Shown here: one piece after another, positions 23,107 to 35,200 of the stretch
Numbering within the stretch: the first letter of the stretch is position 1
Layout: each line of letters begins with the position of its first letter
Assembly: GCA_965112735.1 (NCBI GenBank)
Contig: OZ218959.1
Coordinates: 1,302,001 to 1,366,000 of the forward strand
DNA: 64,000 nt
Source of the DNA: Phaeosaccion multiseriatum
Taxonomy: Eukaryota; Protista; Ochrophyta, other classes
Reading direction: 5' to 3'
The notes under the pieces: generated by a model
The model's database searches: none
Seen by the model: only the letters and a program-made list of their open reading frames with translations
Told to the model about the DNA's origin: nothing
Program-made: the position numbers and the translations under genes

Positions 23107-23245
23107 CCCCTGACACGCTATCCGCTATCCGCTATCGCCGGCGCCAGCCGGCACGCTATCCGCTATCGGCCGGCGCCAGCCGGCGCACTATCCGCTATCG
23201 GCCGCTAGCGCGCTATCGAGAAAGTGGGCGATAGCGTGTCAGGGG
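23107..23245. mobile_element. Shorter (139 bp) copy of the MITE-like element with both 16-bp TIRs intact
   Basis: CCCCTGACACGCTATC at 23107; GATAGCGTGTCAGGGG ending at 23245. Confidence 0.7.
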
Positions 23246-23296
23246 AACCTTTATTGACTTAATAGGAATCACCTCAGAAACTGAAAGTGTGAAAGT

Positions 23297-23342
<46 letters not shown>

Positions 23343-23714
23343 GTGTCGCTGAGTCGCCGAGGGCCCTCGAGGGGCCGGTTACTCCCCCTCTAGGGCGGGG
23401 AGGGGGAGTGCAGGACCGGCACCGTGGTTGAGCCGACCCAGGAAGGCGCGCTCTCGCTCCGAGAGCCACATCTGGTGGCTGCAGCTGACGAGGCGGCGAA
23501 GTCTGGTGAGGACGTGGCCCTTGGTGGTGGAAGAACCAGTGCGGCCTGTGCGGGAGACCACGTGCTCGGCGAGGTATTGTCCTGCAGAGGTTGTTACTCG
23601 CTCAGGGTCGACTATCTGTGAATTTCCCGAATTGTTGCCCCCTTGCTTGCTTCTTTTTTTCCCCCTAAAGTCAGTACTTCAAGCAAGGTGATCTCTATCA
23701 CCAGTATGTAAATG

Positions 23715-24185
23715 GCACAGGCACTATGCAAAAGGAAGAGAAAACATGGAGTTGTGATGCAGGAAGACATCTCTCTCATGGATCACGAGCATGTAGGGAT
23801 TTAGGGAAAAGTTAGGCACTATGCAAAAGAAGGAGGAAGAAGAACAAAACATGGAGCTATGATGCGGGAAGAAATCTCTCTCATGGATCACGAGCATGTA
23901 GGGGTTTTGTTATGGTCACGGCACAGGTACTCCTATGCAAAAGGAAGAGAAAACATGGAGCTGTGATGCGGGAAGAAATCTCTCTCATGGATCACGAGCA
24001 TGTAGGGGTTAGATATGTTATGGTCACGGTACAGGCACTCTGCAAAAGGAAGAGAAAACATGGAGCTGTGATGCGGGAAGAAATCTCTCTCATGGATCGA
24101 TCACGAGCATGTAGGGGTTATATTATGGTCACGGCACAGGCACTATGCAAAAGGAAGAGAAAACACGGAGTTGTGATGCGGGATG
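23715..24185 (+). repeat. Upstream array of ~100-bp units, ~4.5 copies
   Basis: Same unit as at 20981-21386, immediately 5' of copy 5. Confidence 0.9.
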
Positions 24186-24299
24186 ACTGCACAAGCAACA
24201 AAATCCCTCTCCACCCTCCTTTCCCACAAACAAGACAGCAAGAGTGACAAAAGAAGAAGAAGAGGAAGAAGAAGGGAAAGAAGAAGGTAAAGGCACACC

Positions 24300-25115
24300 A
24301 TGAAGCTCTCATGCATGATGCTGTCGGCACTGGGGCTGCTGGTTGGACAGCTTGAAGCTGGCCGTGCAACACCACTTGAAGCAGACCTCTTCCCGTGCTG
24401 CCGCGAGGAAATGGTGGGCGGAGTGCCTCGAGCCTGCTACGTCGACGAGACCTGCCTCAACACCCCTCCGGGTATCTTCGGTGGACTCGGCTGCAACGCG
24501 GACGGAACGGCCAACTGTCGCTTCTGCGGTTGGGGGCCCTACGCCGAAGACATCAAGTGTCCTCAACCCCCCCCCCCTCCCACCCCTGCCCCAGTTCCGA
24601 CGCCTGCCCCCGTGCACTACTATCCTCATCCCACCATTGAGCCAACCCCTGCTCCCGTGTACTACACCCCTCCTCCTGCCCCGGGGGTGGACTTCTTCCC
24701 CTGCTGCCGCGAGGAAATGGTGGGCGGAGTGCCTCGAGCCTGCTACGTCGACGAGACCTGCCTCAACACCCCTCCGGGTATCTTCGGTGGACTCGGCTGC
24801 AACGCGGACGGAACGGCCAACTGTCGCTTCTGCGGCTGGGGGCCCTACGCCGAAGACATCAAGTGTCCTCACACCCCCCCCCCTCCCACCCCTGCCCCGG
24901 TTCCGACGCCTGCCCCCGTGCACTACCATCCTCACCCCACCATTGAGCCGACCCCTGCTCCCGTGTACTACACCCCTCCTCCGGTTCCGGGGGTGGACTG
25001 CGCCAAGCTGGGGTGGCCGGGCAGCTGCGGCGCCTTCACCGACGAAGCCTCGTGCAACTGCTGGGTCAAGTCCGTCTTCGGGTGCTCTTGGTCGCACGGC
25101 AGGTGCAAGCACTGA
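24300..25115 (+). CDS. Secreted Cys-module protein, copy 5 (271 aa): signal peptide + two 8-Cys modules + C-terminal 6-Cys module; intronless
   Basis: Intact ORF with the same modules as copies 1, 3 and 4. Confidence 0.88.
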   Translation: MKLSCMMLSALGLLVGQLEAGRATPLEADLFPCCREEMVGGVPRACYVDETCLNTPPGIFGGLGCNADGTANCRFCGWGPYAEDIKCPQPPPPPTPAPVPTPAPVHYYPHPTIEPTPAPVYYTPPPAPGVDFFPCCREEMVGGVPRACYVDETCLNTPPGIFGGLGCNADGTANCRFCGWGPYAEDIKCPHTPPPPTPAPVPTPAPVHYHPHPTIEPTPAPVYYTPPPVPGVDCAKLGWPGSCGAFTDEASCNCWVKSVFGCSWSHGRCKH

Positions 25116-25733
25116 ATGTGGCCCGAGCAGACCCGTCCTTTGGGGTAGCGGCACGCAGCAGCCCCCTGTCAGCAGCAGCTTCTACGTGGGTAGCATCAGG
25201 ACGACACGACGGCGGGTCTTTGTGGGACGGTGTGGGTGCGTGCATGCGTGCATGCGTGCATGCGTGTGTGCGTGCGTGTGCCCCTCCAACTGACCTGGCC
25301 TGGCAACTGGGTGGTTCAGTGAGACAATCGTAATTAGGTGTAGCAATTATTATACTCTTTTGTTCTTCGGCGGAAGGAGTTGGTTTTGTTTATATTACAC
25401 CCTTAAGTGCCATCTATGGTTGTCTAAAAGTAATGTCTCACCGCCCCGGAAGGAGTTGGTGTAACCTTCACCTTCCGTGACATACTTTGTAGTTAGGGGC
25501 GCCAGCTGTGAAGACAGCTTTATACTCATGTAGTAGAGCAAGTGCGCTTCGCCCCCGTGTTGATGCAGGGAGGGCCGTACGTAATAGTTCATAGTTGACA
25601 AGTTGTAAATGGCTAGTTAGCCTTCTTGTACTCTGTGTGCTTTCTGTTGCTTTCCATGGCTGCTGCCGGGAGAAAGGTGCTGTACATTGAAGACTCAGTC
25701 GGCAGGCAGCAGGACACCCCAGGCTCAAGCAAG

Positions 25734-25843
25734 CTCCACACATGACCACCCACTCCTCCACACATGACCACCCACTCCTCCACACATGACCACCCACTCC
25801 TCCACACATGACCACCCACTTCTCCACACATGACCACCCACTC
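25734..25843. repeat. Minisatellite, 22-bp unit CTCCACACATGACCACCCACTC x5
   Basis: Five head-to-tail near-perfect copies with no spacers. Confidence 0.95.
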
Positions 25844-26400
25844 CTCCTGTGTATGTCGGGGCCGCGGTTTTGGCTGGCGAGTCAGTAGTGAGGGGGAGAG
25901 TAAGTACGTCAGCAGTGCTGAGAGCGGGAGGGAGGGAAGGAGGGAGGGAGGGAGGGAGGGCGTTCGTTCTGTGGGATGGAGAGGATCGCCCACAGCCGAA
26001 CAGGGCTCATGGGGGAGGAGTATATGAAGCAAAGTGGCGAGGGGAGAGGGAGCGTACCATCTCTTCCCCCAAATCGGTCACCACTCACCCACAGGCCCAA
26101 CACTCGCCCTTCATACCAACTTGCATCTATCACGCCTCGTTGTGACTCTCTCTCTCTGCGCCTGCTGGGGTTGTGGCGGCTTGAGCAGTGCGTCTTGATT
26201 CATTCCAGCCACCAACAAAGACACGTTCGGAGTTGCGGGGAGGGGGCATGCGATAGTGTCCTCACTGCCATATGAGGCGGATTTCTGTTTACTCTAATTC
26301 GCGCCGGTCCGAGCCGTTTGGAACCATCGACTGCTCCACTGCCGCAGCACTGCGGCAAGGAACTGACTGCTCTTTCTTCCTTCGGTTCTGATTCTGTTCA

Positions 26401-26972
26401 TCATCTCCTCTTTCTCTTGCCGCCTCCTCCCCCCGCGTTCTTCCTTTTCCCTTTTCGACCTCCCCCGCCTCTGGAGTTTCCTTCTGTGGCACGCACGCCG
26501 GCACACACGCACGGGAAGGGATGGAGAAGGGCGGGCGAGTGAGAAGAGGGGTAGGGAGGGGCCCTTTTACAGCTCCTCATCGCGTGAAGCAAAGGGGGGA
26601 GGAGGGGAGGGGAAGGGAGGGGAGGGAGCGAGAGAGAGGAGACGGAGAGAGAGATAGGGAGGGAGGGTCGAACGAGACAGAGGAACGACGCAGAGATAGA
26701 GAGAGGGCGGGAGGGGGCGAGAGAACGGAGAGGGGGGACAGAGAAAAGAGCCCCCCCCCTCTGCCATTCCCTCTACGTGTGTCTGCATCTCCTTACGAAA
26801 GCGTAACGCACCTACTGATAACAGCTCGGTCGGCTGTGCCATCTTGGCGGCTTCCTCGTCGGCCTTCGCTTTCTCCTCCATGCGTTGCTGCAACCACACA
26901 CAAACGCGCGCGCACACGTATACACACATACACACACCCATACGTACATACACATACACAAATACAACACAT

Positions 26973-27019
<47 letters not shown>

Positions 27020-27532
27020 GGTAAGTCAAGTACAGGAGTAGCCAAGGAGGGAAGGAGCATGTGCGGATAAGCAGCACACACACCCACACCAAACGAAGGG
27101 GTACCAATTGTGCGTGTCACCGTTCATACACAAATGGCATGCGTACCACTACATGAGCACCACATCACAAATGACATGCGTATCACCAACACATGCATAA
27201 CACACACGCGCACGCACACACACCTTGAGCAGCGGGTTGGCCAGGAACCTCTCCCTCAGCCGCTTGGCCTCCGCCTCGTCATACCCCAGCAACGAGTCTA
27301 CAAACAACTCCGCATCAAAGTCTCTCAAGTCATCGATCTTCTCCCCTACTCCAATGAGCTTGACGGGCAGGTCGAGGTCACGTGTGATGGACACGGTGAA
27401 GCCTGCTCGAGCAGTGCCGTCGAGTTTGGTGACAACGAGGCCGGATAGGCCCACCTGGGGAAGGAAGGGTTGGGGGGGGTGAGGAGGAGGAGGAGGAGGG
27501 GACACGCACGCGCGCACACACACATGCAAATA

Positions 27533-27602
<70 letters not shown>

Positions 27603-28420
27603 CCTGCTCCTTCCACGCCTCCGCCTGGTCGACGGCGTTCCTCCCCACTGCGGCGTCCACCACCAGGAGCGTTTCGTGAGGGGCTCCGGGGATCTTAGTG
27701 TCGATAACGCGCTTCATCTGCAGGCCGGGAGGGAGAGAGGGAGGGGGAGGGAGAGGGAGGAAGGGAGGGAGAGAGGGAGACAGAAAGCGAGAAAGAGACG
27801 GACGGAGGCAGTGAGGGACGCAGGGAGCGGGCTGGCGTGGCCCTGCTCCTTTGGAGGCAAAGTCGGCCCAAACCCACCCATCCTTCCTCTGACAGTTAAA
27901 GACCTCCTTGCTGTCCCCGTCCCTCCCTCCCTCCCTCCTCCCTCCCCTCACAACAAACCAACCAACCAACCAACCAACCAACCAACAAACCAACCAACCA
28001 ACCAACCAACCTTGTTGAGCTCCTCGTTGAGGTTCTTGTTGTTGCTAAGCCTCCCACTCGTGTCCACAATCAACACGTCGTACTTGCCCGCTATTGCCTT
28101 GTCACATGCCCGGAAGGTCACTGTAGAGGCCTTCTCGTTGCCCTCGGGCACGACGATGTCCACCTCCGCCCTCCTCGCCCACTCAGCCAGCTGTGAATGG
28201 TGGGGGTGATAAGTCATTCAGGGGGGCGTGTCAGGACAAGGGGTAGGTGGGTAGGTGGGTGGGTGGGTGAGTGGGTGAGATGGGTGGGTGGGGTGGGTGG
28301 GTGACTGGGTGTTTGGGTGGGTGCGTGGGGTGAGGGTGGTGGGTGACCACAAGAGCATTGGAGAGGTGGGGGGTGTTTCACGCCGGAGCTGCAAAATGTG
28401 AGATGGGTGTGTTTGCGTGT

Positions 28421-28482
<62 letters not shown>

Positions 28483-30893
28483 GTGTGTGTGTGTGTGTGT
28501 GCGCGTTGATTTTCGATTTTGACTTTACTGCCTGCGCTCCCCCATCCCACCCCTCCCACCCCTCCCACCTACCCCACCTACCCCACCTGCTCTACTGCGG
28601 CTGCCCGAAACGTGTCGCAAGCGGCAAGAAGGACTTTCTGTCCGGCCTCTGTCGCATCCATAAGGAGGCGGTGACGGCGACGACGACGAGGAGGAGGGGG
28701 GGTAAGGAGGAGGAGGAGGAGGAGGAGGAGGAGAAGAAGGAGGAGGAGGAGGAGGAGAAGGAGGAGGAGGAGGAGGAGGAGGAGGAGGAGGAGGAGGAGG
28801 AGGAGGAGGAGGAGGAGGAGGAGGAGGAGGAGGAGGAAGAGGGGTGGGGGAGGAGGATGAGAAAGTGGTAGCCTCGAAAGCAGCGAGAGATATGTATGTG
28901 GTACGTGGGCTTACCCCCTTCTACCCACCCACCCATCCATCCATCCACCATTCAGTTGGCCAGTGAGAGTCAATCAGTGAGTCAGTCAGGAGTCAGTGAG
29001 TCAGTGACAGTCAATCAGTCAGTCAGTGAGTCAGTCGATACGTGTTCAAAATGTTACCTTCTCTGAGCCTGTACGCAACCTTGCCGATGGTGGTGGTCTT
29101 GCCCATCCCATTAGCGCCCATCACGAACATGACAGATGGCGACGACGGGTCGGGCGAGAACAAGAGTGCCGAGGGGTTGAAGCTGCTGCCTACCTCTCCC
29201 TCTGCCCCTGCTTCCGCTGCAGCCACTGCCGCCCCTGCTTCTCCTGCTGACCCTCTTCTTGCCTTGGACTCGTCTCCCTTGAGCACACCGATGAGGGTAC
29301 CTGCGGAGCCCAAGGAAGAAAGGAAGGTACAATGACGAGGAAACAAAGGAAGGAAGGAAGGCAGGAAGGCAGGAGGGCAGGAAGGAGGAAGGAAGGTAGG
29401 AAGGAAGGAATGAAGGGAGGAAATAAGTAAGCAAGTAAGGAAGGAAGCAAGGAAGGAAGGAAGGAAGGAAGGAAGGAAGGGAGGAAGGAGGGAAGAAAGG
29501 AATGGAAGGGAGGAAGCGTAGGAAGGAACACGGGCGGGCCAAGGGAGGAGCATGTAGGGAGGAATGCCGAAACGGGAGGAATGTACGAAGGCGTAGGGGC
29601 CGAGGGAGGGAGGGAGGGAGGAAGGGAGGAAGGGAGAGAGGGGGGAGGGAGGGAGGGCGACGGAGGTGAGAAGGGGCGGTGGTTGTGATATACTCATTCC
29701 CACCACCACTCACTCCCACCCCCACCCCCCTCTCCATCTCTCTCTCCCTCTTCTGTGTATCTCTCTCTCCCTCTCTCTCTTTCTTCCTCTCTCCTCACTC
29801 TGCCTGCCTGTTAGTCAGTCTCTCCGCGGTCACTGCATAACACACTGCCTCACCTCGCAGCACGCATTTGATGTCGTCTGGCTCCAGCTTCTTCTCTCCC
29901 GACATGTTGGCAATGGTGCGCAGATCCTCAATAATCTTCAAGGGAAGGGCGGGGCAAGGGAGGGAGGAAGGGAGGAAGGTGCAAGCCGTCAGAATAGCAG
30001 CAGAAGGAAGCCAGGGAACCGGGCATAGCGTCACACGCAGGCCACTCAGACAAGGCCCAACGACCCTGTGCAAACGCGCGCGCGCACACACACACACACA
30101 TACACACACGCGTACACACGTACACACACATACACACCTGCATGGTTGTCGTGGCTCCAATGTCCGCGACGAGAAGCAGCTCCTCCAGCTGTTCTAGGGT
30201 CTGCTCAATGTCATCGGTGACGCCAAGGAGCGTGTTGAGGTCCCCGATGAGCTTCTCTCTGCTCTTCGAGAGCCCATCGGCGATCTTGGAGATACTCTCC
30301 CTGTCTGCCTCCTGCCTGGGGGATGGATGGATGGATGGAGGGAGGGAGGGAGGGAGAGAGATGGGGTCAGCGAATAGATGGAAACCCACAATGCTTTCAT
30401 ATACATCTAGACATCCTCTCTCTCCAAAACTCCAAAAAAGTCCGTCTGCTTACCTCTCCCCCACATATTTCCCCGCATCCTTGAGACCCTCCGTGAGCTT
30501 TCCCTCCGCCGTCTTCTTGGCGATGTTCTTGGCCTGTTCCAACCCCTCCTCCGTCCTCTTCTTGAAGAAGTCGAACACCATCATGCGGGTGGGCGCCCTT
30601 CCGGTCCGCTTCCCCAGGGACCTCCTTACTCCTACTCCTCCTACTGCTTCTCCTCCTCCTCCTCCTCCTCCTCCTCCTCCTCCTCCTCCTCCTCCTCCTG
30701 TGAGTCCTGCTCCTGTTGCTGGAGGACCACGTCTTTCTGCAGAGCTACTGATGCTGCTGCTGCTGCTGCTGCCACTTGCTAGGGAAGGGGGGATGAAGGC
30801 GGAGACTGGGCTGGAGTTGAGGGTGATGCCAACCGAGGCAAAGCTCCACACCAGCGTGAGCAGCGGCAGCTGAGGAAAGGTGGGCCTCCTCAT
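26401..30893 (-). CDS. ftsY: Plastid SRP receptor FtsY (cpFtsY), 10 exons
   Basis: SRP-GTPase motifs GANGMGKTTTIGK, ACDTFRAAAVEQL, DTSGRL, TKLDGTARAG, GVGEKIDDLRDFD. N-terminal signal peptide ending ...SPVSAF (ASAF-like). Exons 30893-30454, 30315-30138, 29935-29854, 29300-29058, 28658-28587, 28190-28011, 27717-27604, 27454-27224, 26887-~26812, ~26483-26401. The last two exons are less certain. Confidence 0.93.
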
Positions 30894-31577
30894 GCTAGCT
30901 GCTTTTGTTTTAGGGTGATAAAAGGAAGCTCCGGCGAGGGGCAAAATGCAAAGTCATCAAGTGAAAACATGAAGGCAGCGAAATGCCCGTACGCCTTCAA
31001 ATGTTTTTCACGCACTCTTTCTCACCTCAGGCACGCCAGGCCCAAAAGGAGAGGAAGGTCGTGGGGGAGTGGGCTTCCACACTTACAGAGAGTGGGAGAG
31101 GAAAGCTGCGTTCACACTTTGTCTGGCTTGAGCTTGCGAGGATATAAATGAAACGCCGATGAGAGAAGATCGTCGTCGTCCCCGAAGAATCTTTCCAGAC
31201 TTTTTAACGCCGGGGTGCTTTGGCTTCTGCTGCACGAGGCCGCTCGGCGCTCCCGGATGTGAGTGTTGTACACCGTCAGTACTTACAGATCAAAGGATGA
31301 CTACCTGGTTTTTGTCTCCCTACTCTTACCTCAAACGGCCCCCTCTCCCCTCCTCTCTCCCTCTTCCCTGCTCTGATCTTGATCTTGCTCTTCCCGCGCC
31401 CCGCGCCTGCCTTGCTACGCCCTGTTCCTCACGGTAAGTGAACAACGCTGCAGCCGGAGGAGCAGCAGCAGGAGCAACAGAAGGAGGAGGAGGAGGAGGA
31501 GGAGGAGGAGGACGAAGAGTACAGAAGTCCCTTCATTCCCCCTCCAAGGCTCCCATCCTTGAGACCCATCTCCTCCA

Positions 31578-31848
31578 ATGGCACCACCAGTAGTTGAAGA
31601 GATTCAGTCGCCGCTAGAGCCATTAGGGAAAGGGTCGCCGCCTTCACCACCACCACCACCACTACTTGTATCTGCACCGGTGGCAGTTGGTCCGCGCGCA
31701 GCGCCACTTCACCAGCTCCACCAGCAGCAGCGGCAACAAGCCCAGGCGGCAGGAGCAGAGGCAGAGCCGACGCAGGCGAGTACAGCGGCGACTTCGACTG
31801 CCGCCCTCGACCATCGAAGTGTGCCTTTCGCTGGGGCAGCAGCTGTGG

Positions 31849-31881
<33 letters not shown>

Positions 31882-33970
31882 GGCCGGCAGGAGAAGAAGC
31901 AGGAGAAGCGGCGGTGACATTGCAGGGGGCAAGCACGGAAGGAGAGGAAGCGAAAAGGGCGAGTGGAGGGCAGGAAGCCCCGGTAGAGGGCCTGCGTGCC
32001 TCAGTGTACGGGGCGAAAGCAGCTGCAGCAGTTGGTGATGATACATCAGCAGTTTATCGCCCACCCGCCAGTGACGACTTAGAAACAGGAACTTCTCCAG
32101 AGGTGCTGGAGTCTGCCCCAAGGCTGGAAGCGACAGCAAGAGGAGCGGCAGCAGCCGCTGGAGGAGGAGGAGGAGGAGGAGGAGGAGGAGGAGAAACAGA
32201 AGTGGTTGCCGGGGGTGAGATACCAGAGGAAACAGCACCAATGGCAGCCGGAGAAGCGGCAGCAGTGGCAGCAGCAGAGGCAGTTACCAACGCGGTGGCC
32301 TATCCGAGTCTCATGCCGCCCAACGCTCACGCTCACCCTCACTCTCACTCTCACTCTCGCTGGCCGAGCCCTTGGATGGACGGTGGTGGAGCCTTGGAAG
32401 TGGGCGCGAGTAGCGGCAGTGGCAGCACCGGGTCTGCTGCTGCAATGGGTGCGGGTGATGGTCCAACAGCTGGTGATACAGTGATGTTGACCTCCGACGG
32501 CAACGTGGGTGGACAAGACGGAGGGGAGTGGGGGGGGATGGGGGTGGGGGTAGGTGTGGCGAACAAGAGAGGTGGTGGTGGTGGTGGTGGTGGTGGTGGT
32601 GGTGGTGGTGGTGGTGGTGGTGGTGGTGGCGGCGGAGGGGCTGACACCAGAACCAGGGGTGGCGGAGGGATGGAGGAGGAACCAGGTCCGAGCACGAGAA
32701 CCACCGGGCCTCCTCGAGAGCACCGTATTTGCAGAGTGGACGGCTGCGGACGGTATGCACGAGCAGGCTCGGTGAGTGAGAGGGAAGGAGAGAGAGAGGG
32801 AGGGACGGAGGGAGGGAGGGAGGGAGGGACGGAGGGAGGGAGGGAGAGAGGGAGGGAGGGAGGGAGGGAGGGAGGGACGAAGGGGGGGAGGGAGGGAAGG
32901 AGGGGGGGAGGGGGGGAGGGAGGGAAGGAGAGAGCGAGGGAGAGAGAGGGAGGGAGGGAGAAAGGGAAGGAAGGACAGAGAGGGGAGAGAAGGAGAGACA
33001 GTGGAAGGAGGGAGCGGCTATTGCTGTTACTGTTGCTGCTTCTCTAGTAGGAAGGAGAGTGCACGAGCGGGTATCAGTAACCGTTTGACTCGGGACAGAA
33101 GTAGGGGGGAGGCTGGCTTGACTGCTTGGCGAGCAGAAAGGGGACTCACCCGAAACGCCCCATACTGACCCGTCACCCCTCACTCCTGCCTCCTTCCTTC
33201 CTCCCATCACCCCTCACCCCTCCCTCCTTCCTTCCTCCCTCCCTCCCTCCCACCTCCCTCCCACCCCTTTCCTGAACAACGATACCAACAAAAACAACAA
33301 CCCATACTCCAAACTCCGAACCCGAACATTGGCCTTGACCCCCCCCGACCCCCCCCACCCCCACCAAAACACCCGAAACAAACAGCAAGTCTGTATCGCA
33401 CACGGGGCCACCCACATTGAGCGAAAGCGATGCGCAGCCGAGAACTGCAACACCTTCGCTCGCAAGGGGGGCCTGTGCACACGGCACGGCGGCCGCACTC
33501 CGCACAAGCGCTGCCGCATACAAGGGTGCGATAAGATTAGCAAGAAGAGCGGCGTGTGTGTGTCGCACGGGGCCGTGGTCAGGCACGAGAGATGTGCGGT
33601 GGAAGGGTGTCAGACTTTCGCCCGGCACAAAGGCAAATGCAGCAAGCACCACCAGGGACCGAGCAAGCAGCAGATGGCAGGGGATGGCGGGCCGGGGACG
33701 GCAGTGGACGGCGGCGGTGATGGTGCGGTGCCGGTGCCAGTGCCGGTGCCGGCGGGGGTGGGGGAGGCGGAGAGCGGTGTTCAAGTTCAAGTTCCGATGG
33801 TGGCCGGGGGGATGGCAGTGGGTGGCATGGGGGCGCCCATTCACTCGCTTCTGTCTGCGAATGGCCACGGGTCAGGGGTGCCACAGCAGCCGCAGCTGCA
33901 CACAGATGGCACGGGGCAGGGGAAGGGGAAGGATCCTGCTGAGGGGCAGGAGGGGGTGGAGCAGCAGCAC

Positions 33971-34010
<40 letters not shown>

Positions 34011-34064
34011 TGGTGATACAGCAGCAGCTTCAGGAGCTACAAGAACCACAGCAGCAGGCTCAGC

Positions 34065-34102
<38 letters not shown>

Positions 34103-34130
34103 ACACATCAACCATATGAAGAGCAATATC

Positions 34131-34173
<43 letters not shown>

Positions 34174-34214
34174 GCAACAACAACAACAACACCAACAACA
34201 ACAACAACAACACC

Positions 34215-34260
<46 letters not shown>

Positions 34261-34310
34261 CCAACAACAACAACCACATCAACAATATGAAGAGCAATAT
34301 CATCATCATC

Positions 34311-34380
<70 letters not shown>

Positions 34381-34475
34381 GCAACAGCACTATCAACAGC
34401 AACAACGACAACACCACCAACAACAACAACAACAACAACAACAACAAACACATCAACCATATGAAGAGCAATATC

Positions 34476-34510
<35 letters not shown>

Positions 34511-34896
34511 GAGATCGCTGACTCCTTGATTCTGGCTGAGCGTAAGCCACAGGTGAGCCCCCCACAAGAGGAGGGAGGCGGGAGGGGATGGAATGGGGGA
34601 AGAAACGATCAGCAGCAGCAGCAGCAGCAGCAGTTGGTGATACAACAGCAGCAGCAGCACAAGAAGCAGAGGCATCCGGAAAGCCGGCAAGAGACCCAAC
34701 AAGGGGGTGAGGCTCAAGAGCAAGGGGCCCAAGAGGCGAGGCCCAAGAAGCAGCGCTTGATGGGGGGGGATACCCAAGCAGGGCAAGGAGGGCCAGCAGG
34801 GCGGAGTAGCGTCAGCAGTACCGGCAGCATGAGCAGTAGGAGCAGCGGCCGTAGAGGAGGCAGTATCAGTGTCCCTCACCAACCCCAGCAGCACGA

Positions 34897-34928
<32 letters not shown>

Positions 34929-34993
34929 GGTACCATCCCCCTCCCCAGCGGCAGCATTTGGAGGTATATGGGGAGGAGCAGCATGAGGAGTAG
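31578..34993 (+). CDS. WRKY19-like Cys/His zinc-repeat protein with very long polyQ C-terminus, 2 coding exons: 31578-32771, 33386-34993
   Basis: Four C-x4-C-x9/10-C-x2-H repeats: CRVDGCGRYARAGS|QVCIAHG (split by the intron), CAAENCNTFARKGGLCTRHGG, CRIQGCDKISKKSGVCVSHG, CAVEGCQTFARHKGKCSKHH. NLS-like RPKKQR. Start codon uncertain. Confidence 0.8.
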
Positions 34994-35156
34994 GTCAGCC
35001 TGGTTGCCCTGGTCAGAGTCGGACACTTGTAGGCCCAGACTGGAGGGGGTTGTTTGCTTTGCTTAGTGACAGCAGCGGCAGCAGCAGTGGGTAGGACAAG
35101 AGGGGGGGGGTGTATGGATGCTTTCTGCCAAGATTATGTTCATATTCTCTCTTTCG

Positions 35157-35200
<44 letters not shown>

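Noticed and set aside
20981-24185. ~100-bp arrays (and the 22-bp array at 25734) as CRISPR-like
   Set aside because: Eukaryotic context with no cas genes. The linkers are related to each other rather than unique, and the 22-mer has no spacers.
19566-25293. Long antisense and alternative-frame ORFs over the Cys-module genes (e.g. 21496-22728 -, 21530-22855 +)
   Set aside because: Shadow ORFs of GC-rich repeated coding sequence with no independent protein features.
14892-25346. Whole cluster as an autonomous fold-back or giant transposon
   Set aside because: No transposase, integrase or RT coding sequence, and no target-site duplication visible at the outer ends.
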